Source of the DNA: Eledone cirrhosa
Taxonomy: Eukaryota
NCBI GenBank assembly: GCA_964016885.1
Contig: OZ024740.1
Coordinates: 381,672,001 to 381,736,000 of the forward strand
DNA length: 64,000 bases
Direction: 5' to 3'
Part shown: piece by piece, positions 39,436 to 50,999 of the stretch
Numbering within the stretch: the stretch's first letter is position 1
How the letters are laid out: every line of letters begins with the position of its first letter
Made by a program: the position numbers and the translations under genes
Notes under the pieces: generated by a model
Seen by the model: only the letters and a program-made list of their open reading frames with translations
The model's database searches: none
What the model was told of the DNA's origin: nothing

Positions 39436-40012
39436 AGGTCACCAGTTGGTGCTACTGGTAACATGTATCCCAGTACAACCTGTCTAATGGTCGGGTCGTT
39501 GGCGACTAAACTGGCAAGGTTTCTTGGTGAGGAGGGTTACTTTGGACATCCTGCAGGACTAAAAACAAAACCCGTCAAAGGGCAAAGAAGCTCTTAAGAG
39601 TCAATGGCCATCCAAAATCACAGGGAGAGATGACCCCTTAGCCTTTGTCAAGGCAGAATTCTAGGAGAAGGAAAACTCTGATATAACACCTGCAACAACC
39701 CTGATGGTATCCAATGATGTTGACGTGTTCTTCTTGTTGGTAAATACCATCTTGGTTAAGAGAGTGGGACTGGCTTTGTGCAGTGCCTTTGCTCACTATA
39801 AAAGCTTCACGACACAGACATTGCTTTATATCTGGAGATCTCTCTGCACTTGTCATCACATAGTACCATGGACCCAGCACTATATGTCAATGATTGTCAC
39901 AAGTCTAGTCGCTGGCTGGACTAAAAAGTCACACTCGTTCAGCGCATCGGTAGGGGTTCTCCTACATGGATATAAAGTAGTGGCCGTATTCGAAAACGAG
40001 TTGGCAGCCACC
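39436..40012 (+). mobile_element. RTE-derived non-autonomous element, copy 2
   Basis: Near-identical to 13196-13794; (ATGT)n on both sides. Confidence 0.8.
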
Positions 40013-40019
40013 ATGTATG

Positions 40020-40070
<51 letters not shown>

Positions 40071-40090
40071 CAGGAGGCTGGACTGGTAGT

Positions 40091-40418
40091 ATCCCTTTAA
40101 ATTTGTATTGTTAAAAAACACTATATACATTTCAACAGCCTGGTTATATATGATTCTCGTACATCATCAGGTTCGGATTGCATTATAATTAGATAATCAA
40201 TAAAGAGTATAGAAAACATATTTGATTCGGAGATGGCCTGCGAAATCCGTGTTATTGCTTCGGCAGACAATCTACATAATACCCTTTTGCCGTAATTCCC
40301 ATTACTGATTAACTAATTATGATGCAATCCACACATGTTGATGTCAACAGGATCTTAGGTAACCAGGCTATTGAAATATAAATAGTATATTTTCAAACAA
40401 AAAGACTTTAAATGTATA
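40091..40418. mobile_element. Older fold-back element with hammerhead-bearing inverted arms
   Basis: Arms ~40091-40204 and ~40301-40418. The minus arm has CTGATGA (40164-40170) and GAAAT-GTAT-ATA-GTGT; the plus arm is decayed. Confidence 0.7.
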
Positions 40419-40577
40419 TCACCTTCTGATATTTTTATCGAATTAATATTTAACTCCGTCCTGCACTAGTCAAGGGATTCAACATCAACGATAGATGTGT
40501 TGCTTAATGTAGAGTGATTTTCTAGTATTACATCATGGTTGACTAAACGGAATGACCACAAAACATAAATATATATG

Positions 40578-40635
<58 letters not shown>

Positions 40636-41024
40636 ACGGTGAAATTAGGTATTTTGAAATTCCCTCACTAATGATCCGTTTTAAAATACATAATTTCGCC
40701 GTTATTTGGTGAAATATATTCTGATTTTATGGAGAATACCTATGAGGGAAATATATTAAACATTATCAGATATTTTGATTTAATTTTTTTAAATTAAATT
40801 TAATAAGATACTCAACGAAATATGTAATCTTACATTCAGTCCAGATTGTTTCTAGTTTTAAGCTTTGATATATCTTAACGCACGCTTATGTGTGTATTAC
40901 TATATTTAATTTATTTTCTTCAATGATTAAGGCTCGATTTTATTCTCTGAATTCTATCTTGAGCTGTTTTTAGAGACAAGACATATGTTTGATTTTATAT
41001 AATTCATGACATCCTTTACTTTTA

Positions 41025-41026
<2 letters not shown>

Positions 41027-41076
<50 letters not shown>
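41027..41076. repeat. (AAT)n microsatellite at the 3' end of Tx1 copy G
   Basis: Direct reading. Confidence 0.95.
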
Positions 41077-41077
<1 letters not shown>

Positions 41078-42270
41078 CTTTCTTTATTAACCACAAGGGT
41101 TTACATAAAGTAGACATTAAGGACAGTACAGGACAATACAGGACGGTACAAATGGGCATTTCTGCGTGTAAAAAAAAGAGGATGTAATAAAATATAACAA
41201 TGAAAAAATTCCCCAATAGGGGGGAGACCTCCGAAGGACATTTGTTGAGAAAGCCCATTAAAAGGTCACAGTGACCCTGACCACCAGGGCAAGTGCCCTC
41301 TCCCAGTTTTCCACCTTTAATTTAAAGACACATACTCAGAATAGGCCCATTCACTCGGGCCATACTTGCTTCTCTCACCCATCTTTCAACAAAATGCTGG
41401 GAAGAGAGCACTTCCCTCTCTACCCTGATTTTCTTTTTCAAATGAAATTTGAAAAAGTTAATCAGGGCATCACCGAAGAGGTAAGTGCTCGTCTTCAGCC
41501 CTTTCAAACGTGTTCACCATACTATCTCTTTCGCCATGGCCACCAGTCAGATAAAAACTGCCTGCCCTTCCCGGCTAAAGGAAGAGGGCGGGGAAATCCT
41601 CACGATGGACTCAGCTGATAGCTGGATCCTTCCTACACGTCACAGCAGGTGTTCAACATAAACCCACAAGTCAGCAATGCTCGGACACGGGACGAGTGCG
41701 TGCAGGACGGTTTCGTCACTCTGCGCGCATCTCGGACATGCCCGGCTGACGGCACCTCCATGCCTGTAGAGTTTATCCCGAACTGGCAAAGCTCCTCGGT
41801 AGCACTGCCAGGCCAGGGATTTCTGGAAGTTGTCCACAGGCCCGGGCCCGAAAGTACTTCCGAAAAGATTGGCTAGTTGATTTTCGTCGACGCCTAGATT
41901 TTCTCCAAGTACGTCGTCGCTCTTCCCCTCCACTAATCCTCTATAGAACGCCAAGGTGGAGTTTCCACCGATCACATTGCCCGATTGGTCGAGGGCTGTG
42001 AGCGCCTGAAGACATTCCAGTCTCGGTCTTCGCTTGACCCAGGACTGCAGCTCCTTCAAGGAGACGACTGGGAAAGACGTGTCTAGCAAACGGCGACCAC
42101 ACCTGATCACCGTCGAGGAAGAGGTGGAGATGTCGTAGCCTGAGCGCGTGTCTGCGCATCATCAGCCACGGCATGCCCAGCCTTCCACGTAGCGGGTGTT
42201 GACAGCAGATGGACCGCCTGACCATCGGAGCGCATCCCTTCCACAAAAGGCGAAAGAGCAAACGCTCCAG
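41077..42270 (-). mobile_element. Tx1-clade LINE copy G, 5'-truncated
   Basis: DNFQKSLAWQCYRGALPVRDKL...CPRCAQSDETVLH; AATAAA followed by (ATT)n. Confidence 0.92.
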
Positions 42271-42498
42271 CACAGTATAATTATAATAATATATATATAT
42301 GTATATGTATGTAAGTATATATATGTATATATGTATGCATATATATATGTATGTAAGTATACATATGTATATATGTAATATTTTTATTTATATTTATATA
42401 TGTTTGATATAACTATAAATATGTAGGGTAGTATGACAAAAGGCTAAATGCAAAATTTTCAAGTGTTTTACAGAGCCGAGATACAAAGTTTTAAAACG

Positions 42499-42972
42499 AT
42501 CAAATTTTAGTTTAGAACATTTATTAGCTGACAATTGTTTCTTCCAGAGGGAAGTCTGGTTTCATCGGCGCATAAGGAATGTCGAAAACGTGTAACTAGA
42601 ATCCTAGTCATTTAGAACATTTAGGGTACATAGTTGTTATTAGTGTCAAAGGCATCATGTGGAGATTCAGGAGTTAAAAAGATATTCCGCTTGAAATAAC
42701 ACAATTACAGGCAGTACTGTTTGGAAGTGTAATAGTTATAAGTAAAAGTAAAAATCGCAAGCAAAAATATCACAAGCAAAAAAAAACAAAAAGAAAACCA
42801 CAAGCAAAAAAAACACAGTGATTTTTTTTTGCTGGTGATTTTTTTGCTTGTGCTTTTTACTTTTACTTATACCTATTACACGTTTTCGACATTCCTTATG
42901 GTCCGATGATATCAGACATCCCTCTGGAAGAAACAATTGTCAGCTAATAAATGTTCTAAACTAAAATTTGAT
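42499..42972. mobile_element. Fold-back element with ~97-bp hammerhead-bearing arms and a nested inner inverted repeat
   Basis: Arms 42499-42595 and 42876-42972 each carry CCGATGA..CCAGA/TCTGG..GAAAC-AATT-GTC-AGC-T-AATAAA. The inner IR is 42728-42790 / 42820-42880. Confidence 0.82.
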
Positions 42973-43364
42973 ATATATATATATATATGTACATATATAT
43001 TCTTTGTTCTAATGTCTGTTATCTTCACTAAACCAACCGTTAGCTGAGTTTTATAAAATAACTGCATGACATTTTGAACAACTATGAAATTGTTCTCTTA
43101 ATTGCAGAAGAAACAACTGTGACTCTTTGTAAGGAGCAATAGCTGAAAGTGTATATTCTTATCTAATGAAAAAAAAACGGAATGGTTAGTTTTATCTGCA
43201 CACATAAACAACTCAAAACACTCACACGCATACATGCACACACACACCCACATATATATATGCACACACACACACATGCACACGCATGCACACACACACA
43301 CAGAAACACACATACACACACACTCACAGACACACACACACACATACACACACAAACACATATA

Positions 43365-43447
43365 CAGTGGAACCTTGATACATAAAAATAATTTGTTCCT
43401 GAAAGCAGTTCGTCATCCGGAAAATTGTTCGTAAAATGAGGTTCCAC

Positions 43448-43449
<2 letters not shown>
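43365..43449. mobile_element. 85-bp pogo/Tigger-type MITE
   Basis: TIRs CAGTGGAACCT / AGGTTCCACTG, preceded by TA. Confidence 0.75.
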
Positions 43450-43505
<56 letters not shown>

Positions 43506-43506
<1 letters not shown>

Positions 43507-43875
43507 GCTACTCAGCCGTTAATATGCATAAGGTAAGTATATACGTTCAACAATCTGGCAGGAAGGTATACGTTGCTGACGATAGCTAACAAGCTTGAAA
43601 CTAGTACAGCGTTCCTTTGTCAGTGTTGAACAAACGAGCAACGGTGGTTGCTAGACACTACGGATTAATACGGGATGTTTGTTTACAAACACACCGAGCA
43701 TTGTAATAAATATTCGGTGAATCCATACGTGCATATATATATGTGTGCATGTATGTATATATATATATACATACTACTGTACGTCGGTATACATATATGT
43801 ATGTACGTGTACATACTTATATTTAAGTAACAGCCGTACTAAGAGTGGGAAATGAAATATCGTTTCATTTTTTCC

Positions 43876-43880
<5 letters not shown>
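43506..43880 (+). mobile_element. Retrozyme-like element, copy 1 (5'-truncated), in (TA)n
   Basis: Homologous to 48680-49140 and 63643-64000; contains a hammerhead. Confidence 0.85.
43570..43612 (+). ncRNA. Minimal type I hammerhead ribozyme, intact
   Basis: ACGTTG-CTGACGA-T-AGCT-AACA-AGCT-T-GAAAC-TA-GTA-CAGCGT; predicted cut after 43606. Confidence 0.88.
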
Positions 43881-43917
<37 letters not shown>

Positions 43918-43950
43918 CTATCTATCTATATATGTATATCTCTCTCTCTC

Positions 43951-44035
<85 letters not shown>

Positions 44036-44127
44036 TAAAGCACACCATAATTTAACGTGGTGTCCTTGAAATATGTATAATAAAATAAATATGGATTTAT
44101 AAATATAGTTTCCATTTGTTAATATCG

Positions 44128-44233
<106 letters not shown>

Positions 44234-44249
44234 TGTGTGTGTGTGTGTT

Positions 44250-44287
<38 letters not shown>

Positions 44288-44599
44288 AACAGGTATACCC
44301 TAATACTGTCGCTTCTTGTATTGAAGTTGAATAACAAAAAATTCCAATAAAGAGATTAGAATGTAAATTGATTGAACGTCTACGTAGTCAATCAACTTCT
44401 ACAAACAGTTTCTTAAGTCGCAACCCTTCTTTAGATATTATAGGCATAGATATTCCTAAAAAGAAATGTTGGTCAAATCTGAATTTGACCTAATCATATA
44501 TTTGTTCGCTCAGAATTAACCTAGAGTTAAATAAGAGCATTTACATTCAATACCCAATATCCTGACATTTTCCTTTGTACTGAGTAAATATTGAATAAT

Positions 44600-44740
44600 G
44601 GTTTCTAATTTAGACACAAGGTCAGCAATTTGGAAGAGGTGGACATTACTTGACTGATATTTTATTTATCGACCCCGAAAGAAAGAAATGACACGTTGAC
44701 GACATTGGATTTAAAACCTAAAGATTCTGCCAATCCGCCA
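44600..44740 (-). mobile_element. Decayed Nin-type SINE
   Basis: CACAAGGTCAGCAATT...TTTATCGACCCCG...CTGCCAATCCGCC. Confidence 0.6.
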
Positions 44741-46347
44741 ACTCATAAAGAAACGGACGACAAAATCCCTGACCTCATATGCTTCCCGAGTTGGGCGGAA
44801 TTTACCATATCAGACCACGGAAATTATGGATCCATTAATCCATTTATTGCTTATACTCTCCAATAATCGCAACTCCTGGCAGAAGAATTAAAGTGGAAAT
44901 AAAATGTCTTGCTCAAGGTCATAAGACATCGACCCGTCAGGGAATCGATTTCACAACCCGACTTAGTCTTAATATAGAATATATTCACGTTATAGAGAAA
45001 TAGAAGGATTATATGTGAAACTATATGCACTCCTCTCGTTAATGACATGTTTCTTACAGGTCAAAAGGAAATGTTAAACTGAAAATTTAAATTAGCATAT
45101 CGTCATTAAAAGGAAGAAATAAGTTAAAAGCAAGAGGACTAAGAAAAAGAGCACAGAAAAGTTAATCAATATACACTAAATGCATTCCGAGAGCTATTGC
45201 AGAAAACAACAACAGAAGTTATGTGCAGGCTTACTGAATATTTGCATGTAGATATCCAAAGAAATGTACATAATTAGGTTTCAGCTAAATTAGCTGCAAT
45301 CATTATATTTTCTTTAGAATATAATTAAGGTTGCATACGTTTACAAAGGTGAACATGTATTTACGTTCTATATATATATATGTAAGTATATATATGTGTA
45401 TATATGTATGCAAATATATCTGTGTATGTCTGTATATGTGTAGGTTGGGAAGGGGTACATATATCCTTAAGCATGAATGTATATATGTATGCGGAATGGC
45501 TTTCAAGTAAGTAGGAGGCTAGAATCTTCTGTGTTATGTAGAAATAATTCAGCATTAATTAGTACCTGAAGCAAATTGCGTACGAGTTTATTATATAGAG
45601 AGTTATATAGAGAGTTATCTCAGTATATATTGTGATTGTTATTGGTAATTGGCGCCGAAAAGTTACATAGTGATATACCTAATCTTTTCTAAGGTGGTAT
45701 AAACACTAAAAAGTCACTATAGATGTTATGAATAATTTTTAATCTTTATGATTCGTGTAGTCGAAGCATAGACAATGTCTATGTTCATATGATGCTATAT
45801 AGGTGGTGAATGCTGTTGAAATTGCTTTTTTATCTTTTACACAGCAGGAAAAGCCAATATAGTATAACGTGTTTATCTTCAGCGGAGTATATCTCCAAAA
45901 AATACCAAATAATTTATAGTAAGTCGTGTAGCTGTATTGAATGTATCTAGTGAAGTATTAAAACTGAAAGAGAATTCCGATATTACATATAAAATATATA
46001 ACAACTCAAACTTCGGGGCTTTTCAAATATTTCCAATGACAGAATCTATTTTTGCGGGAAAATTCCATTATCAGCCTGATAGAGTCCCTCTTATGAAAAA
46101 TAAACATTGACGTCAGTTGCGTGGGTTTTGATGCAAAATCTTTTGAAAGTAAAAACATACAAAACAAGCAAATCTGTATCAACTCCTATCGAAATGCAGA
46201 ACAACTCTCTAGTTTGCTTAAAATGGTAATAAATTCTTAGGTGCTTCATCTATAGGCAACAAGAGACAACTGAACTGACCAGAATATATATTCAAGTATA
46301 GATACATATATACAATATACATGCAGCTGGTTCGTGTACACCCCCCC

Positions 46348-46397
<50 letters not shown>

Positions 46398-47007
46398 TAC
46401 ATATATAGCTGGTTAGTATTTTATCGATGCTCGGAGAATAAACTAAAGAGATTATCTGGGTTGGATTTGCACTCAAATACTGCAAATCATTTCGTCCGAC
46501 GCTCTATCGATTCTACAATTTCCTTTCGTTAGAATTATAAAAGAGAAGATTATGTGGATTTGTTTGTTATTGTGTCTCTTAATGGTTATTTTTGTAGTTG
46601 CTGTTGTCGTGGTGTTTATTTTCCTCTTTGTTTAGCAATGACCTGATCCCGATATTTCAAACCTATGAAAAATCACCTTATTTTCCAGGTTTAGATAATT
46701 CAATATGCTTTAACGTTTATTAAAAGAAGGTTAGATGTGAGATGAAGTTAGCTTGGATGTTATTTCTGAAACTTTGAGAGGAAATGAATGGGAAACAAAC
46801 AGATTGTTAAAAAACACAAAATCGCAATCACCATTTACACAGTACTCTACATTCCGTTAGGATTACACTCGTTCCTTTTATGATATATGACAAATGATAC
46901 AAAAACATGCAAGCATTCATGAACTAGAAAATTATCGCAGCATCAAATAATTGACCATTCGAACCAGTATATTATCGATTCGGAAAAGAATGTGTCTCAT
47001 ATAATAT

Positions 47008-47183
47008 AATTGTTTCTACTATTGGCACAAGGCCAGCAATTAACCAGTACATTACTGGTACTTTATTTTATCGACCCTGTAAGGATGAAAGGCAAAGTTA
47101 ACCTCGGCGAGATTTGAACACACAACGGCAAGGGCTGTAACTCTATGCGTCAAAGCATGGTGTCCGACCCTCTACTGATACTA
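47008..47183 (-). mobile_element. tRNA-derived Nin-type SINE
   Basis: Same family as 27290-27910. Confidence 0.85.
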
Positions 47184-47380
47184 CCACGAAATGCTACGTT
47201 ATCATCACGGCAAACCGCAGACAGTAGGATTAAATACATCACGATAGACAGTAGGATTAAATACAGCATTTGGCTTTGCCAGTGCAAGTATATGACTTCA
47301 GCTTTGCAAATAAGTGAAAATATATGCAATATTCGTACGTACGTATTGTATTGTACGTACATAGAGTACGAGGTTGGTAA

Positions 47381-47411
47381 TAAGGTTGACTTGCGAATCG
47401 GTAATTTGGAA

Positions 47412-47461
<50 letters not shown>

Positions 47462-47492
47462 TTCCAAATTACCGATTCGCAAGTCAACCTTA
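47381..47492. repeat. Perfect 112-bp palindrome centred on (TA)n
   Basis: 36-bp arm TAAGGTTGACTTGCGAATCGGTAATTTGGAAATCAC, then (TA)n, then its exact reverse complement. Confidence 0.97.
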
Positions 47493-47677
47493 TATATATA
47501 TATAAAGGTCTTAGAATTGAAAAAGAAATGGAGCGTCGCCGTAAACACGATTACGTAATCTAGTCTAATAATGGGGCGTATAAACCCACTATTAGACTAT
47601 ATCATATAATCAATGTCACAGCGAGGCTTCTATTTCTATTTCAATTCCCTTTCTCTCTCCTTCTTTCTTTCATTCTC

Positions 47678-47835
<158 letters not shown>

Positions 47836-48539
47836 TATGTGTGTGTTTGTCATGTCACACTTGAGAACATCGCGATAAAAATCATATCCACACGCTGAAC
47901 AGATGCCATGCTTTGACAGATAACAGAAGCGACAAACACAGAACAACACCTACAAAATCTAAACAGGCAACATGAGTTGAATAACAACAACCTCACATGG
48001 GGTAACTAAGGACAGGATAAAGACACACAGAATCACAGAAGAAATAAGCTAATAAAACAAACTAGACACACACAAATAAAACAAGTTTACCAACGAATGA
48101 CAAGTAAATATACGAATAAATATCTAAACAAATAAATATATTAAAAAGATAAAAACACACACAACCACACACACACATACACAAAGCTTGATATAATGTA
48201 AGCGCAGCCCAAGTACACAGCTCACAAAAACAAGTTGGTGTAGGATAGAATAAAGGAGAGACACAAATAACAACAATAGTAGTCACGGAAGAGGTAACAG
48301 GAGGTGTGACAATAGATCTTTGATGACAATCAACTAAACAACCTTCCATTTATTAAACAAACTCACATAACAATAAATTGAAATGAAAGCTATCATGTGC
48401 GTGTGTATTTAGAGACAGCATGACTCTCCAAAAGTATAACAATTTCTGTTTCAACATTTCAACACAAGTTTTCAGATAAGAAACAATTACAAAAACGAAG
48501 TATATATATGTATGTTAGAAACGATTGTTATTGCTATTG

Positions 48540-48570
<31 letters not shown>

Positions 48571-48575
<5 letters not shown>

Positions 48576-49140
48576 GGAATAGAATGAAACGAAATTTCAC
48601 TTCTCACTCTTAGTACGGCACTTACTTAAATGTAAGTATGTATGTATACGTACATACATATATGTATACAGACGTATGTACCTATACATACATACTTACA
48701 TTTAAGTAAGTGCCGTACGAAGAGTGAGAAATGAAATTTTGTTTCATTCTATTCCATTTATCGTTTTCGGTGTGCCCGGCCGACTGAACTCATTCGATAT
48801 GCAAATTAGGCTGCTCAGCCGTTAATATGCATAAGGAAAGAATATACTTTCAGACGTTCAACCATCTGACAGGAAAGTATACGATGCTGACGATAGCTAA
48901 TAAGCTTAAAACTAGTACATCGTTCCTGTGTCAGTGTTGAACAAAAAGGTGACGTGGTTGCCTAAACACTGTACGGCGTAGTTCGGGCTGCTTATTTGTT
49001 TACAAACAAACAAACCGAGCATTATAATAAATGTTCGGTAAACCGATACGTGCATATATATATGTGTGCATGTGTGTATATATATACATACTACTGTACG
49101 TCTGTATACATATATGTATGTACGTATACATACTTACATT
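48571..49140 (+). mobile_element. Retrozyme-like element, copy 2, with 5' inverted duplication
   Basis: Palindrome at 48571-48760, octamer at 48799-48806, hammerhead at 48881-48923 (stem I ACGATG/CATCGT; GAAA>AAAA, probably inactive). Confidence 0.85.
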
Positions 49141-49173
<33 letters not shown>

Positions 49174-49189
49174 GTTTATATATATAGCG

Positions 49190-49221
<32 letters not shown>

Positions 49222-50645
49222 ACTTACATGTAATTCAAGCCCACCAATACACGCACATGGATGAATACAACACTCACATACACACACATAGGGTTGGCAC
49301 TTTGAATAAACGTTTCGTGTTTCAACAATTTTGTTTTCACAAACTTTTCTATTTCTTAGAACGCGCCTTCTCGGAAATAAGAATGATATTATGTGATGTA
49401 CATATGTTTTCAAATGAAAACCTATTTACACTTTTAATGGAAATTTACATTAACTACATAGCTTTCGTCTTTAAATAACATGGGATATTCTTATGCCCTA
49501 GAAATGTACCGTTGGAAAATTGGAAGTTGAGATAATTATGTTAATCTAAAGTCTGTTTATAGAGTAAAGGAGAAGAAATGACTTTAACTAAAAATTGAAA
49601 CTATTTATGTGGTAAATACATCAACGATTTATTTTTAGCAAGGCATGAAGAGTAGAAAATGTCTAGATTTAACGTTTATGCAATGTTCAAGGTTATTAAC
49701 AGAACTAATGAAATAAAGTTGCTTCAGGCGGCTATTAAAATGCAACTTGGTCTCGGTTTGCTGTAAGTATATTTCTATCGCTATAGGCGTTTTCTTACAA
49801 AATAATTAGGAATAGCATCTTTTGAATATATAACATTCTAATGTAGTCACTGTAATAGAAATACTCGTTTAAGCGTATTATATCACTTAGAAGGTAGTTA
49901 GAACAGAACGCGATCACTTGTCCGCAACAAACGATTATGTTATTCACCAAAACGAAGCAATTAAATGTTGCCAATCACTAATTATTTATTCAGAGTTCAC
50001 AAATTTTTCTTTCTTTTCACTTCCCTTCCCACAGAATGGACAATACTATTAAATAATCATTTCACAGCGATGATATTTTATACATGATTCGAGAATAATG
50101 TGCAGAATATAATTCTTTTGATCAATGCTAACAAAGTAGCTCAAGTACGTGTCAACTGTTGCTGATTGGTACGCAGAAAGGTCAAAATAAGCGCTTCAAC
50201 GTCATAGAAATTCGCTCCGTTAAAACTTTCTTTTGATCTGAAGCGTGAATGATGAACAAATGCCTAACGAATAGCAGAAATCCCTGTTAAATATGATTTA
50301 AGTAAAAATCTACCGAAGAACTCGTTTGCTTCGTTTATAGAATACGCTTTGTTAAATCCATTGAGCTATATACTTAGCAGATAAATTTGCATAGCATCAA
50401 ACGGTATTCAATCAGTGAGGCGTTAGGATCACAGAAGGAAATTCACGTCGAAATCCTATACATCGTAAAGGTTGAAGTAAATATTCAATCCTTTTGACAT
50501 TTTGAAAATAAGTTATCCATATATGTTAAAAGAATAAAAATAAAATAAGTGTTCGATATACAGGGTCTAGTGGCCATGATAACGATATCCCGCTACTGAC
50601 TGGAAATAATGAAACTATATACATACATACTAAACACAGACACAC

Positions 50646-50872
<227 letters not shown>

Positions 50873-50999
50873 TAACAAAGGAATTGTGGTAAGGAACCAG
50901 ATGGACCATAACGCACCAGCGTACTCAATACTTAGGGTAGTAAAGTGGGAAATAGAAAAAAACGGCTTGAGCTCTGCCGTCGGGGTCACACTTGTTCCT

